64,000 bases of DNA. It comes from Cyanophora paradoxa CCMP329 (taxonomy: Eukaryota > Plantae > Glaucophyta). The notes below the pieces were generated by a model. It was not told where the DNA came from, did not search any database, and was given only the letters and a program-made list of their open reading frames with translations. The stretch spans positions 1 through 64,000 of the forward strand of contig QPMI01000224.1 of assembly GCA_004431415.1 (NCBI GenBank), given 5' to 3'. Shown here in pieces: positions 36,201 to 49,900 of the stretch (its first letter is position 1; each line of letters opens with the position of its first letter). Both the position numbers and the translations under genes were made by a program.

Positions 36201-37388
36201 TGGCTGTACTCGTCCAGCGTGCCGTCTCCTGCCCGCCCCGCGCTCAGTGCCGCCGCAGCCGGCCCCGGGCGCCCGGCGGCGCACTGAGCGCGGGGTAGAC
36301 GTCGGTCCAGGCCTGCGCCCGGGTCTCGAGGGCGCGCGTGAACCAGACGCGCTCCGACGCGTTGTACGGCGTCCGCCACGTCTCCAGCGCCGGCTGCTTC
36401 AGCTCCCACTTCGGCCCGTACTCGAACTTCTGGAGGCGCCGGCGTCAGCCTCCGGGCGGCGTCGATGGCGCGCCACCGGCCAGCGCACCGAGAACGCGTA
36501 GGGGGGCCCCTCCACCAGGATCGCGGCGAGCTCCACTCCCGGATGGCCCGGCGGCCTGCGCGCCCCGCCCGCCCTCAGCCCGCTGCCGCCTCGCGCGCGC
36601 CGCGCCCGGCAGACCGCCGCTCGACGCCGAAGAAGGCGGTGCCATCGAGGTTCGAGCAGAAGACGGCGTTGAGGCCTTCTGCGCCGGGCGCCAGCATGAT
36701 CGCCTCCATCTGGCGCAGGTACGAGGGCCTCCTGCGCGGCGGCCGCTGAGGGGCGGCCGCCGGCCGGCAGCGCTGCGCGACTTGGGGCACCGCAAGGGCG
36801 ACGGGATGCCGAGGAGCTCCTCCTGGACCGAGATCGCGTGCCGGATGGCGAACGAGGCCGGGTAGAGCAGCGCCTTCAGCACGTACTCCCGCAGGTGCTT
36901 CGACGTCGCCGTCACCAGGCTCCCCGCCACTTGGTCCACCTGGGCCCCGCGCGACCTGCTCAGCCCGCGCCCCGCGCCCTACCGTGCCGCCCCCGCGCAC
37001 CTGCTGCGTTGACATCGTGTAGCCGATGGCCCTGCGGCGCGCGCGGTCGGCATCGACCCGCCGGAGGCGCGTGGGGCCCCGCGCACCATGTAATGGCGGA
37101 TGAGCAGCCTACGTTAAGGATCGCGGAGATGATCAGCATCGCCCGGATATTCACCATTCGACGCCAGTTACGGCCCGCGGGCGCAGCCTTCACGGGCCAC
37201 CCGGGCCCCTCCTTCCCGGACACACCGCCGGATGTGCTGGGCGACCGCGGCGGCGCGCTCGCAGCTGCTCCATCGCTGCTGCCGGCCCCGGTTCCGGACT
37301 TGCCGGCCTCTGCTGGGCCCCCCGAGGACCCCGACACGGGGTGTTCAGAGGGCCGAATTTCGAGGTTCTTCCGAAGGCGCCAACCCAT
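33233..37388 (-). CDS. Receptor-type class III cyclase-like protein: TM, Cache-like sensor, TM, HAMP-like linker, degenerate cyclase, helical TPR-like segment, low-complexity tail
   Basis: TM1 AMLIISAILNVGCSSAITW. Sensor: YPALSTLDEYSQWLTVSIPLLSADGEVMGVCGADLE, LAFIITRGGAMVASS, WLLHLAMPRADLL. TM2 then LITRPLVRL and SRLAEICAI. Cyclase: HQGTVLACCDTFVAVWNAP, VRFALDTAECFVGIVG, KLNQQYGTQVLVS. Confidence 0.8.
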
Positions 37389-37939
37389 AGCTTCTATCTC
37401 GCTGACTTCTCTCGCTGGAGCACGCGCATATGCATGCTGTCCTCTCCGCCGACTTCTTCGCAGCGAGCGTGTTCGCCCGGCTTCACCGAGTCGGCGGCTA
37501 CAGTGAAGGCGGGCTTGTGTCTGCTACGCTAGGGGCGACATGCGAGCTGCAGCTGGCGATGGGGCGCAAGATACGCGACACTCAACCTAGCACGGATGGC
37601 TTAGTGGCGCGTGCTGCTCTCACTGTTTCCGTCTACCTTCAAAACAAGGGCCCGCGCGGGGCTGTGGACTGCGAACAGACTTTTGCGGACTACTCGACTT
37701 CGTGTACCCTTGAGCTCCACGCTTCACTCTAATTTTCCAGCTAGCACCGGCCGAACGAGCGAGGAACCGAAGCATAAGCGTGCTCCTCACACGTAAGCAT
37801 AGCTTTCCCGACTCGCTATCGGCCAGATCAGAAGCAAGCCCGTTGCTCTTTCGGCCTGACGTCGGGGAGCGACGCAGGAGATGGCGGAAGGAGAGAGACT
37901 GCCTTCCATACCGTTAGTATAGCTAAAGCGATTCCGAGG

Positions 37940-40900
37940 ATGAGGCTGCCAGCTCACGCGGTCTTGCTCGCGGTCGTCGTAGTGGCGGCTGCAGCGCTGC
38001 AGAACGAAGCCCCGCGGATCAGCGTTCCAGATGCGACAGCCGTGGTTGTAGCTTCCTCTTCGAGCAATGCGGCCCTGGCCGGCATCTCGGTCGCAGACAC
38101 GGACGCGGGGACGAGCGCGTTGCTTGTCGTGGTGGAGGCGCAGTTCGGGCAGCTGAAGTTCAGCAGCTCGCCTCATGCAGCCATCAGCAGTCTCAGCAGC
38201 AGCGGTCCAGCTGCCGCGATATCCTTCACTGGGCCACTGTCGGCAGTCAACGCCATGTTTGCCAACTCGAACTTCCTGTACACAGCCACTGCGGGGTTCG
38301 CGGGTGTGGACGCCGTGCGTATCACAGTAGACGACCAGGGAAACACAGGCCAAGGAGGAGCACAAGCAGACAGCGCTCTCATCAACGTGCGCGTTCTGGC
38401 GGAGGACACGGCAACCGTGAACGATGCGCCGGGCCTCTACTTTCCCCTTGTCAAGAAGGTCATGTTTGCAGGCCCCTACATTGCTGATGCGGACTCTGGC
38501 TCCTCATCCCTACGTTTGACGGTCTCATCAAATCTCGGGAAGGTCTCCCTAGCCAACACCACCGGGCTCAACTTCACGGAGGGCACTGGCGTGAGCGATC
38601 AAATGATGATCTTTACGGGGACGCAGGAGAGCCTCAACGAAGCCGTGCGGCAACTAACGTACTTGAGCGAGGGCTATGGATGGCTCGACACCATCCGGAT
38701 CTCTTTGGACGATCAGGGCGCGACGGGCACTGGCGGGACACGCACAACGTACTACTCGATCGACCTTATGCTTAACGCGTACAGCAAGACGATTGAGCCG
38801 AGTGTCACATCGGTGTTTCCCCCTTCAGGTCCGGACACTCTCTCATGCCAGGTGTCCACTCTGACCAGAGCCCTGGCGCAGGACCAAGCTCGGGTGGTAC
38901 AGTCGTCACCGTTCGAGGTGGGGGCTTCGTCAGCTCGGATAATCTGCGCTGTCGCTTCGATTCTCTCGTCGTCCCTTCCACCTTCGTCAGCGACAAAGAA
39001 CTACGCTGCGAGACCCCGTCTGGCCTGTCGGGCCTCGTTGTCGTCGAGGTGTCTAACGACAACATCGCCTTCTCTTCAAGTGGAGTGCAGTTCGAGTTCT
39101 TTGGTGCACAAGAGTTTCCTACTGTTTCTTTTTCTTTCTTTCGGCTGACCACGCCTTGCCCCAGTTACCCCACGCATTCAAGCTCTTTTTCCCGCATCCA
39201 CCGCTTCCCTCGGCGTTTCGCTTGTGCTTTTCGCCGGGACGAACCTCATCTCCACAGGCACTTCACAGTCTCTGTGCCAGATTGGAGAGGGGCGTCCAAC
39301 GGTGGGCCGAGCGCTCTCGACATCCTTCGTGCTCTGCGAGGCATACCTGTCCACCTCACCGACGCTGCAAACGTTAGCCGCTCGGCTTGCCTCCGATGGC
39401 TTCACCTACATTCCTGTCGATGTGAAGCTTGGCTTGCTGAGTGCGTCTCCAGCACTACAAGACCACCAAATCTTATTGCAGCTGACGCTTTTTACGCAGA
39501 GACCTCATTGGCGACAGCTGCCCGACCCCAATCAACGTTCTCGACTGGAGGATCGCTAGTGGTGCTTGCCGACGATGGATCGTCTCCCACATACAGCGAG
39601 GGTTGTCGCTTCAGTCGGGTGGTGGCAGCTGCGGAGGTTGGCGGTTGCAGGGCACCTGCTTTGGTCCCGCAGATTGCTTCTTCCACAGAACTAACGGGTC
39701 CAGATGGGACCCTCGCGTTGGTCTCTGGCACTGCCGTTCGAGTCGCAGGTACATGTGAATCGACGGTTTCTCGATTTCCTCGAGTTTTTTTCTGAATGTC
39801 TTTTCTCGTGGCAGAGGCTCCAAGGCTATCCAGCATTTTGCCTTCAGCGGGGACGACTGAGGGAGGCACATCTGTTACTGTAATTGCCCGCAATATTGTC
39901 ATCGGACAGGCTTACATATGTCTATTTGGCGTCACGGGCACGGTCGCGAACGTAATCGACGACACCCGCCTCGTCTGTGAGTCACCTCCGCACGGGGCCG
40001 GCTTTGTAGCTCTGCAGATTGCATTGGACCAAGCATCCCATGCGGAGAGCAATGCTCTTCTGTTCGAATATCAGGGTGCGAAATTTATTCGTTTACAATC
40101 ACTCTGTGCAAGATAGATTTGACGGCGAGCTGCAGCCTCGTCCCGCATCCGGACCATCGTCCCTTCTCGAACATCTCCGATATCAGAGCCCCTGTTTGAT
40201 GTTAATGGTGATCACTTCTCGAGCTCTGACATTATTTCGTTTTCTGAAGACATCGGTACACCTCTCCGAACACTGTCGTCATCTTTCGGCCTCTTCGAGC
40301 TCCGAACGCCCGGCATCGACTCTGCTGAATCCTATCAACACTTGCAGCGGAAGGACGAGAAGCTCGTACGTGTTTGTTGCGGGAGCAGGTCTGCTGACGG
40401 CAACTGCGGTCCTACCGTCGTCATCTCTGGTTATCGATTTGATTGGGTCTGTTTATGACACCGGATCGCATCTGAACTTCGCTATCGCAGCTTCGCCGGC
40501 ATTTGCGACCGATCCTGTTTCCACTTCCGCTTCCGGCGATGGAACTGTGTTGTACTTGGCGGGAATCGGATTTCGTGAAACGGGCAGCCTCGTTGTACGC
40601 CTCGTGAGAAGCATCGTCCTTAGGCTTCAGTGGATGAGCTCGTCATTGATGGGATCTGTTTTGCCAAGCATCTTTCCATCCAACGACGTACACGTGCTCG
40701 ACGTCACTGTTGATGGTGTCAGCATTGCCGGCGACATCATCTCGGATGTGCTTCACACGCCAGCATATCTAGAGAGGCGGAGCGCTGTCGCGTCGCTCAT
40801 ACCTTCTGGTGACGGTGGCATTCTAGTTATTTCGACCGTCATCTCGACATCGCACACCGCTTCATCTTCTTGCGTGGTTTCGGGTTTGCCGGTCCCAATG

Positions 40901-43900
40901 TCGGCCCTCTCCACCAACGTTGCTCTCTGCGTTCCTCCTAAGCGCTATGCCGGATTTGCCATCGTCGAAATCGCATCGACCTCTGGCATAGCTTCGGTTC
41001 TGTTGGACATCCCAGGTTTGCATCGATCTCGACTTTCCTGCCCGCGAGCTGATCTTGCGCTGCAGAACGCGGCTCGCTGTCCGACGCCACCCCCGGCACG
41101 TGGATGCAGTCGGGGCCAGATGTGATGATAGTCACCGGATCAGGTTTCGCGAGCTCCGACTTCCTTCGTTGCCGATTCGGTTCTTCGCAAAACCCCGTCC
41201 CTGCAAGGCACATCTCGTCGTCTGCCCTCGCCTGCGAAATTCCACTGGAAGCCATTGAAAAGCAGTCAACGCCGACCGCCCTCTCCATTGAACTTATCGA
41301 TGTGATGGATACTCAAACCTCGCTGTCCATCGCGGTAGTTCCGGAGGTTGCTGTCTCCTCCGTGCAACCGGTGGCGGCTTTATCTGGCACCGGCATCTCC
41401 GTCAGTGTTTTGGGGACCAATTTTTCAGCGGGAGTAGTGTTTTATTGTGCTTTCGGTCGCACAATTTGGGTTCGCGCGGACGTACGAGGGCAAGGACTAT
41501 GCATTTGCCAGGTCCCAGCGAGCTCTCGCCCGACTCTCTTGATATCCATTACAACCAATCCCGGATGGACTACGAACAACGCCGCTGCTCTATCTATGTA
41601 TGGTGCGCAGTGCCCTTTGTTGCGGCACTCGGTTTTTCTCGACTTAAGCTGGTGACAGAGAGTGCAAGGGTGTTCTTGCCGCGAGCAGTTGCTGTATCAT
41701 CTCAGGCCGTAACGATTATATCGAAACGAAGTGCCAGCGCTCTTGTGCTGAACTCTCCATTATCTTGCGGGATCGACTCTTTGGTTGTAGAGAGCTACGC
41801 ATTATCCGTTTCCGCACTCCAGTGCCGTCTTCCAGCTTCAGCGTCGGGTTTCGTGTCGGTTGCTCTTGTGGCGGATTCGTCCACCCCGTCTACGTTTCAA
41901 AGTATCGTCTCCATTATCGGTTCGTGTCTAACGCTCCCGACGCTGTCATCGGACCTGAACACAGCACAGGTCGCCCGGAGCTCACATTTCCGATCCCACG
42001 AGTTGCGCCGTCCTCGTCCGTTGGCCTAGTGCTCTTGCGCGGGCGAGAGCTTCAAAACTTGCCGTGGTCGTGTCAACTTAGATATGGCATTCGAGGCCCG
42101 TCACGCGCTCTCTCTTCTGTTCTCGCCGTCTGCGATTTGTTTATGGATTCGTCGGCAACCCACGGATATACTACCATCCAAGCCGTCCTCCCTGGCGAGT
42201 TCGAAGATTCAACCTCCCAAGCTGCATCGATTGAGATCATTGGTAACTCTGTTAATGTTGGGTGTTTTCGTCTGAAATATGCGCCGCTGAGAGAGGGACA
42301 TCGTGCAGATAAGCCGCGCTTGATCAGTTTAAGTGAAGCTCTGGCTGCAGCGCACGGCGGTGACCGTATGACTCTGCGCGTAGCCTCAACATCTTCCCCA
42401 GACGCCTTTTGCATAATAGGGAGGGTGCTGGTGACGGCTCGATTCGTTTCGGGCGATTTTGAGTGCACACTTCCTGCACTCCCTGCAGCATCAACAAGTA
42501 TTTCCATCTCGTTTGATGGAAGCATGTACACAGTCGAATTTGCAAGCTTGACCGCGAAGAGTATATCCCCTCCATCCGCCTTGCTTTTTCTTTTTGTGAT
42601 TTCTTCCTCCTGTGTGGCAGGCACAGGCTCTGTTCGGGGCGAAGGCTCAGTAGCATCAGCCAGTCGTCTCTCACCGTCGGTCGTTCTTGTAGGACCCCAA
42701 ATATGTTCATCGGTGATCACGCCCCGCTGCCTCATGAACCGACAACAAGTCGCTGCGATTGCGATCAACGATAATGCGTGCATGTGTCAGTATGCCATTT
42801 TCGAGGAGCGTGGTTTCGCTGCTCTTTCGCTCTCCTTCGGGACGGCCTCCCTAAATTTTGAGCTCACTGGTGCGAAACCTTCTATGCAATCGATTCTTTA
42901 TTTGACCAGACTTTTCAGAGGACCCAGACAATATCAGCTTCCTTCCGCAAGCTGGTTACGGTGGATCGCTGATAATTGTTTCGGGGCGCGATCTGGCATG
43001 GGGTTCAGCATGCAGATTCGGAGGCGACAGTCGGTTTGCTCTGGAGGTGTTCTCATCGAGCGTTGGAGTTTGTGAAGTGCCGGTGACGTTGGCAGATGCT
43101 GCCGTCCTCGTGCACGTCAGTCGCTCTTCCGACGCCGTATTTGCTGGCACATCGCTGTCCGTTTACGCAACTGTGACAGGTGTGTTTTTCCAGTTCCTTT
43201 CTAAAATCTTCCGATCATGTCTTTGATGTGCTTGCCAGGGCTGTCTATTCCCATCAACATGACTGCACCTGTTCTCGCTGCGACTGGTGCATCACTTGTC
43301 GGGCTTCATACACGTCAGGTCTTTTCGCGAAGCCTGATTGCGGTGAGGATGAGGCAACGAGTGCTCGTGTGGGCGACCTTGCAGGACACTCCGGTTTATC
43401 AATTCAGATCGCCAAGTTTGCGGCCTGGGCTCGCAACTATCGACTGGAGCTGTAACGGTGTTGATTTTGTGAGCATCGCCAGTTCCGTTGCAGTTGCGGA
43501 GTATCGGAATGTACTGGCATCCTCCCCATCATTCAGCTTCTCGACCGGCTCGCCGCTTGTTAAGCTGGCCGTGTCTCCAAAAGCTGTAGCGCCGCAAGAC
43601 ATTGCGTGTGTATTCGGCACTGTCCGTTCCCCTGTCGAAAGACGATCGGCCTCCTCGGTCGCGTGCCCTGCTCCCACCGACGGGGAGGGCTTTGTTCAGC
43701 TCTCAATCGACACGGAAATGCCGAAGACCGCTGTTGTGTTCGAAGTTCGGGGTAAGCACTACAAGTTGTATCGTTCGCGATCCTCTTTAAGCTGAAGTTA
43801 ATCTTTTGTTTCTGCAGCGGCGCCAGCACTGTCTGGGTTAATTCCATCGCATGGGCCGTCGTCCGGTGGGACCCTCGTACTCATCACGGGCACGAATCTT

Positions 43901-46900
43901 GGCCCATTTCGGTTTTGCTCGTTTTCGGACGAAATCTCCATGCCCAGCCCTCCTTTGATCGTGAAGTCAACTGCGGCTGCCTTGTGCGAGGCACCAGCGG
44001 GGTCTCGTGGCACTCGCCTCCTACCAGTTCCGTCGTCGGGCGCTACTCGATCAGCAGCGTTCACTTCAGAAGGTCTGCGTCCAGCTCCGCTCCTGTCTTG
44101 TTGATCTGACCTGCAGCTGGTGGCAGACGTCGCACTCCCTCGGGCGATCCAGCCAGATCAGACAACGGAATTTGGCGGAAGTGCGATTGCCGTCTTCTTC
44201 GACGGCGGCGCATGGAATACGGGACTTGTTTGCGTGTTTGGTCTGCGGCTGTTGGTGGCAGGTGCAGTGGACGTGGATGGGCGCGTTATTTGCAGGACAC
44301 CTGCCCGCGTGAGTGGCACAGTCACAATTGACATCGGAGGATTTGCGTCAGACCTCTACATATCCTCAAGTGCTCTCACTGTCACGTATCGCCCTGCACC
44401 ACCGCAACTTGCCGGCTCGGCTTACATCGACGCGACGCCATCCATCTCGTGGGCCACACCCCTTGCAGGGCTCCGCAGTGGCGGAACACGTGTCATCCTT
44501 GTTGGAATGCGATTCAGCACGATAGATCCTATGTTTTGTGACTTTGGAGGACAATCTGTGCCCGCGAGCGTCACGTCGGCCAATTTGCTTGTATGCACGT
44601 CGCCACCTCTGAGTGCTGGTTTCGTTTTTCTTCGCGTCACTCTGAACGGGCGCTCTTCGCACACTTCTGTCATTTTTTCCAGCGATGGTACAATCGTCTT
44701 TTTCTAATGCGCTTGCTAGACTCACGATGTGCAGATGTATCCGCTACCGGTCTGCGTACAATTCCGTCTCTCTTGGTGGCCCTGAACCCAGCCATGGTCA
44801 TTCTGGAGGGCGCCCGCTCCATGGGGGTCAGTTCAGCGGCGGACGGCGTAACATCCTTCGCTGTGTCGTCTTTGAGCACTTCATTCCTGCGGATTATCTT
44901 GCCCGAAGTCCCGACAGGAACTTTTCGACTTGAGCTGAACAACAACGGGCAACGGCTTCCTGGTCTCGTCTCTTTATTTGGTTCTGCCGGTGCGCCTGGA
45001 CTTTTCGAGCTGATCTGCCGGTATCCAATAACGCTGATTCGAGCGATTCTAGTCCCCTCCGCAATCAATTCTTCCGTTGTCGAAATGGACGTGAAGGGCG
45101 GATTTCCCATCTCCGTTGCGAGCCAGTCTCCCGCTTTCTCTTCCGTCGCCTGCGTTTTTCGGAGATCTGTTTTCACAAAACCGCTGATTACGTCGTCGAC
45201 CACCACTGAATGCGCGGCGCCAGCGCTGCCGCCGGGTGACTTCTCTCTCTACATCACAGTTGGCGATGTGTTGCTCGGTCAATTGATCCCGCTGCGTGTT
45301 GTTGGTATGCGTCCTTGTTTAGAGGGTCGTTCACTGCAGCTGAATTGCAAGCAGATCTTGCACAGCGACCGCTTCGGCTCGTTTTCCCGTCATCGTTGAC
45401 GACAGGCGAAGACAAGCTAGTGATCGTGAGCTCGGTTGCATTGTCCAAAGAGGCGTCGTTGAGCATTGGAGGAATAACTGTGCCGACTGTCGCTGTTACA
45501 ACGGGTGACAATCGTGCAATTCTGCAAGCACCTTTACCGTCAAATACAAAACCTTCGATCATTCAGCCCATGTTGATCTTGAGCTCGGGTAATGCCGTAC
45601 CGCTTGCAGATTCCCTTCTTGTCACAGGTACTTCCCTGATTGATTGGTGGCTGCAAAGCTGCAGTCGATTTCTGATCGAGTAATGCAGGCAAGATTCAAG
45701 TGACCGGAAGGCCATCCAAGCCCCTTGAGATGTACGGATCGTCGCTGTTGCTGCTCGAAGTGCTCAATGCTGTCATCAAGGGTCAGTCAGCGATGATATC
45801 TGGAGTCGCTGAACGAATAGGCGTACGAATTATAAGCTCAGCAGTGATAGCTCTGGAAGCGCCTACGACGACGGCTGCGCCGAGCCTTGCCGAGGTCATT
45901 TTGTCCGTCGGCGCCAGCGATCAGCACACTCTGTCATTGGCACTGTATGCTACACACCACCCAACTTACGCGCTTCAAGATTCGGCTGTCACGCACGAAA
46001 TTGGTGGCGTCGTCATTCGCCTTTTGTTAAGCGGCAGCGTGAATAGCCACGTGCAGTGCTTGTTCTCCGCCAAGGTCGCCGTGATAGCCTACGTGCTGAG
46101 CGACAGACTTCTTCAGTGCATTCAGCCCGCCGGGAATCTCGACCAAACAACGCTGGATTTGATAATTGCTGGGACGATCATTCCGCAACCTGGTATTGCT
46201 TTATCGAAGCAAGGCATGCTGGTGCTCTGGCCGTGTATATGTGGCGCAGCTGACAGCTCTAATCGCGCAGGCGTACCTACCATAATAGCCGCAGCCCCTG
46301 CCCTCGATGCGGCAGTTCTCAACGGACGATTCGAGACTGAGATCGCTCCAGTGTGTCTCGCAAGCCAGTCCGCGTCACCTGGGATACTGCTCCATTCTCG
46401 GGCTGTAGCTTGCACTATCCCCCCGGCGCTTGTAGGCTACGCCGTGTTCGTCATTGGGGAGGCAAATATCGCAAGCAGTGCGTTCCAGCTGCACCTCGCC
46501 GGTGAGCTCGCTAGATTTATCGAAGCATGCTTCCTGTTGAAATCCCTTGATCTGTTGCTGGTTTGCAGAGCCTCCAGAGATTCGACTCATTGTCCCTTCG
46601 ATTATCAGCTCGAGTGGGTTTTCTCTTGTTTCGATTTCCGGGTTTTCTGTCGGCCTGCATGGAAGGGTTGGATGTGCTGTTGGAGACTCAGCGGTTGAAT
46701 ACATCGCGCATGCCTTCTCCTCCGCGCTGTTGGTCTGCGAGGTGCAGTCAACGTCAGCAAAAGGAGTGTCCAAGCTCCACATGATCACTTCTACCTTCTA
46801 CAGTGGTAGCGTGCCGACCGCTTTCATTCGCTCAGGTGCGTTCAGGCTAAGTCGTTGCCATCGTGCTTTTCGATGACAAGATGTACAGTTGCCGACGTGC

Positions 46901-49900
46901 ACCGGAGCGAAGCTTCCAATGAAATAGCTGTCGCAGAGGCCGGAGGATCAGAAGTAGAATCCACTCTGACGGTGGAGGGCGCATCCGGACATTGGAAATG
47001 CATTTTCGATGGCAAGCTGTGGGTCTCTGGCACAGAAATTTCTGGTAAACTTGTGTGCCGTTCTCCAGCCAAATCGTTGCCTCGGGTCGGGTCCTTCCAA
47101 GTCTCCCTCAATGGACTCGACTTCTCCACGAATCCAGTTGATGTCACCTACGTCGGCCTTAGGGCGCTTGGAGCCGCTCACGTTGCAGGCCGATCTGCTT
47201 TCATTGCCTTCTCGACCGCAGTTCAACACGATGCAGATTGGGCGTGCTTGGTTGGCGCGACGAGGATCTCCATGTCCTTTGTTGCGAGTCATCTGGCAGT
47301 GTGCAATCTGATCTCGTTGGAGGAAGGGTTTGCGAACCTGCAGATCGCATTATCCTCAATCCCTCTCGATTTTCCAAGCATCGTTGCGGATGCCCGAGAA
47401 CTCTCGCGGACAACCTCGGTGGCTCCGGTCATTTCGATGCCTGGATCGACATTGTTGCAGCTGGAAGGCTCTGCTTTCTCCAGCACTGACAACTTCTGCG
47501 TCTGGAACGAGGTGGTTCGTGTTCGAGCGCGAGTGGTTTCATCGTCAGCTTTGCTCTGCGAGGCTGTTTGGATGTCGTCTTCGGGCGGTGAACTTTTATC
47601 GGTCACGTCATCCGATTGGAAATCCATTTCTAGTACGACCGTGCAAATATTATCTACAGGCGCTCTTCCATCAGCAAGAATCTTAAGTTCAAGCTCCTCT
47701 TCAAATGGCGGCGCATCTCATCAGATTCCGCTTCTCTCCACGGCAACCGTGCTTTATTGCAGATTCGATGGGGACATCGTCATCGCTTTGCGCACTCTTG
47801 CTGGAACAACAGCGGACTGTGTATCGCCAGCCCACCGACCCATTGCAAGCGTTGGTGTAGAGTTCTCTCTGTCTGGCTCGGAGTTCGAGTATGCTTTCCA
47901 GCTTTCCTACGAAGGTTCGCCCCGGAATCGTTTTTGTCTCGAGAAGATCGCCAACGCCCTCGCCAGATACCACTTTGTATGTATCCGTGCAGCCCCAGAG
48001 CTTCCAAGTCATTGGAGGCACCCTCATGACCTTCTCGTCGAATTTGGCGCTGCCATCGACTGCTGCATGCGCCTTCAATGGGATCTCGACAGCCTCATCG
48101 CGTGTGTCCCTGCATACTCTGCAGTGTCTTGCGCCGCGGTTGAGCGAAGGTTTTTCTGTTGCCGCATTGTCCCGTCCGGCACTTCCATCGTCATGGGCGG
48201 CATCATCACTGCTAATCGAGGGCTTACAAAGCCCGCTCGTGTCGGGGGTTGTTCCCGGATTTGGTCGCACTTTTGAGTCCGGCTTACAACTGGTATACGG
48301 CTTATTTACTGCAAGCGATGTCAGCTGCGTTTTTGGAGCAAAGAGCTCAGCTGCAACCGTGCTCAGTTCTGCTGCTGCTGTCTGCGAAGCACCGATATCC
48401 ACTCGTGCCAGTGCAACGACGCTATCTGTAGTACTTCCAGCTGTCAGCGCTTCTGCACCACATTCGTTCCAGTACTTCGGTGCAATGATTTTCATTACAT
48501 TTTGTTACAATGATTCCGATTCGCTCCGTGTGCTTGCTTGTAGGAACGGAGATTGTAGCCCCCATACAACAACTCATTGCGCCTCTGAACGGCGGGGCTC
48601 GCGCGAGCTTTACCATTGACGCTACAGCTGGCGCCGTCTTCACTTGCCGCTTCGGCCGTTCCGTGTGGACCACGTCGACGCTGACGACAACAAATGGCTA
48701 TTGCGTTTCACCTGCCATGGCGCCACAGTCTTCTGCGCTTTGCATAGGCATGACGGATTCCGCAACCACGTGCGGGGTGTTGTCGATCCTAAGCGGTGAA
48801 CGTTGTTGTCAGAAACTTTGAGCTTTGTCGCATTGAAACATTCCCGCAGTTTACAATACGCGTGTGATGGTCTCTGAGCTGATCACGCTGCCTTCTGCCA
48901 GTCTCCGGATCGCATCGCCTGTTTTCCGTTTTGCAGAGCTGGCGATCGAGGCCAGAATAGGTGGAAGTACATGTAACGTTGTTAGCCAGATGGACGGTAG
49001 TGCCTCCTGTTCAATCTCCGTGCTCGACGTTGGATTCTATTCCGTGGAGCTTGTGGCAGGGACAACGTACTTACATCTGGGAGTCGTTTCCGTGCAAGGT
49101 GTTTGCGATTTGCACCGCTGCTCGTGCTGATTCAGGTATGACATGTGCGTTCGCAGAAAAACCTCGGAGTACTTCGTCGCGATGCGTTTCAGCCGGAATG
49201 TTTGATCTCGCGCACCTGACGGGGAGCTACCTGCACGAAAATCTTCCGTGGACCCGTGGTGATATGCCTGTATCGGGGCTCCGTCTTTTGAGTTCCTCAA
49301 GTGGGGTGATTGAAGTGGAGTACCGCGGTCGTGCCGGCGACTTCACTCTGGGATCTGTTCCATTAGAATTGCAATTCATTTCCGTATGCGCTCTCGAGAG
49401 CCAAGTGTATGCCGAAGACGAGTCAAGCCAAACCCTCACCTCTGGGCAGTACACATTCTCATCACGTCCTCTCCGTGAAGAAGCGGGAACGCTGTGTCGC
49501 TTCGGCAAGGTTACAGTCGCAGCATTGGGAGGTTCTTCAGTGGGCGCATGCCCAGTTCCTAGTGTGCTACAGCTCTCGCGAGTGGACATAGCACCAACGG
49601 GACTTACCTTCCAACACTCGGCCTCCATCATGCAACCTTCCTCAACTTTGCTTACGCCTCTTGGTGTGTCATTTCCCTCTTCTTATTTTGTTTCTCTGCT
49701 CACATTGCTGTGCAATCTAGATGCTACACCAGTGTCTTTTTCGCGGAATGCGGAAACTGCAGAAGTCAGCTTGTGGTGGTCACTGCCAGACTCGTTCCAG
49801 CAGTCGGTGACAAGCATCTTCTGCTCAGATGGCTTAGCAGCTTCGGCTCGGGTATATGTGCGGGACAGCACGCTTTCGTGCTCGATTCGGCCGTCGGTTG

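Noticed and set aside
38219-38226. ATATCCTT, a possible second U12 donor
   Set aside because: It lies inside a continuous coding repeat (AAISFTG), with no downstream U12 branch site and no need for splicing.
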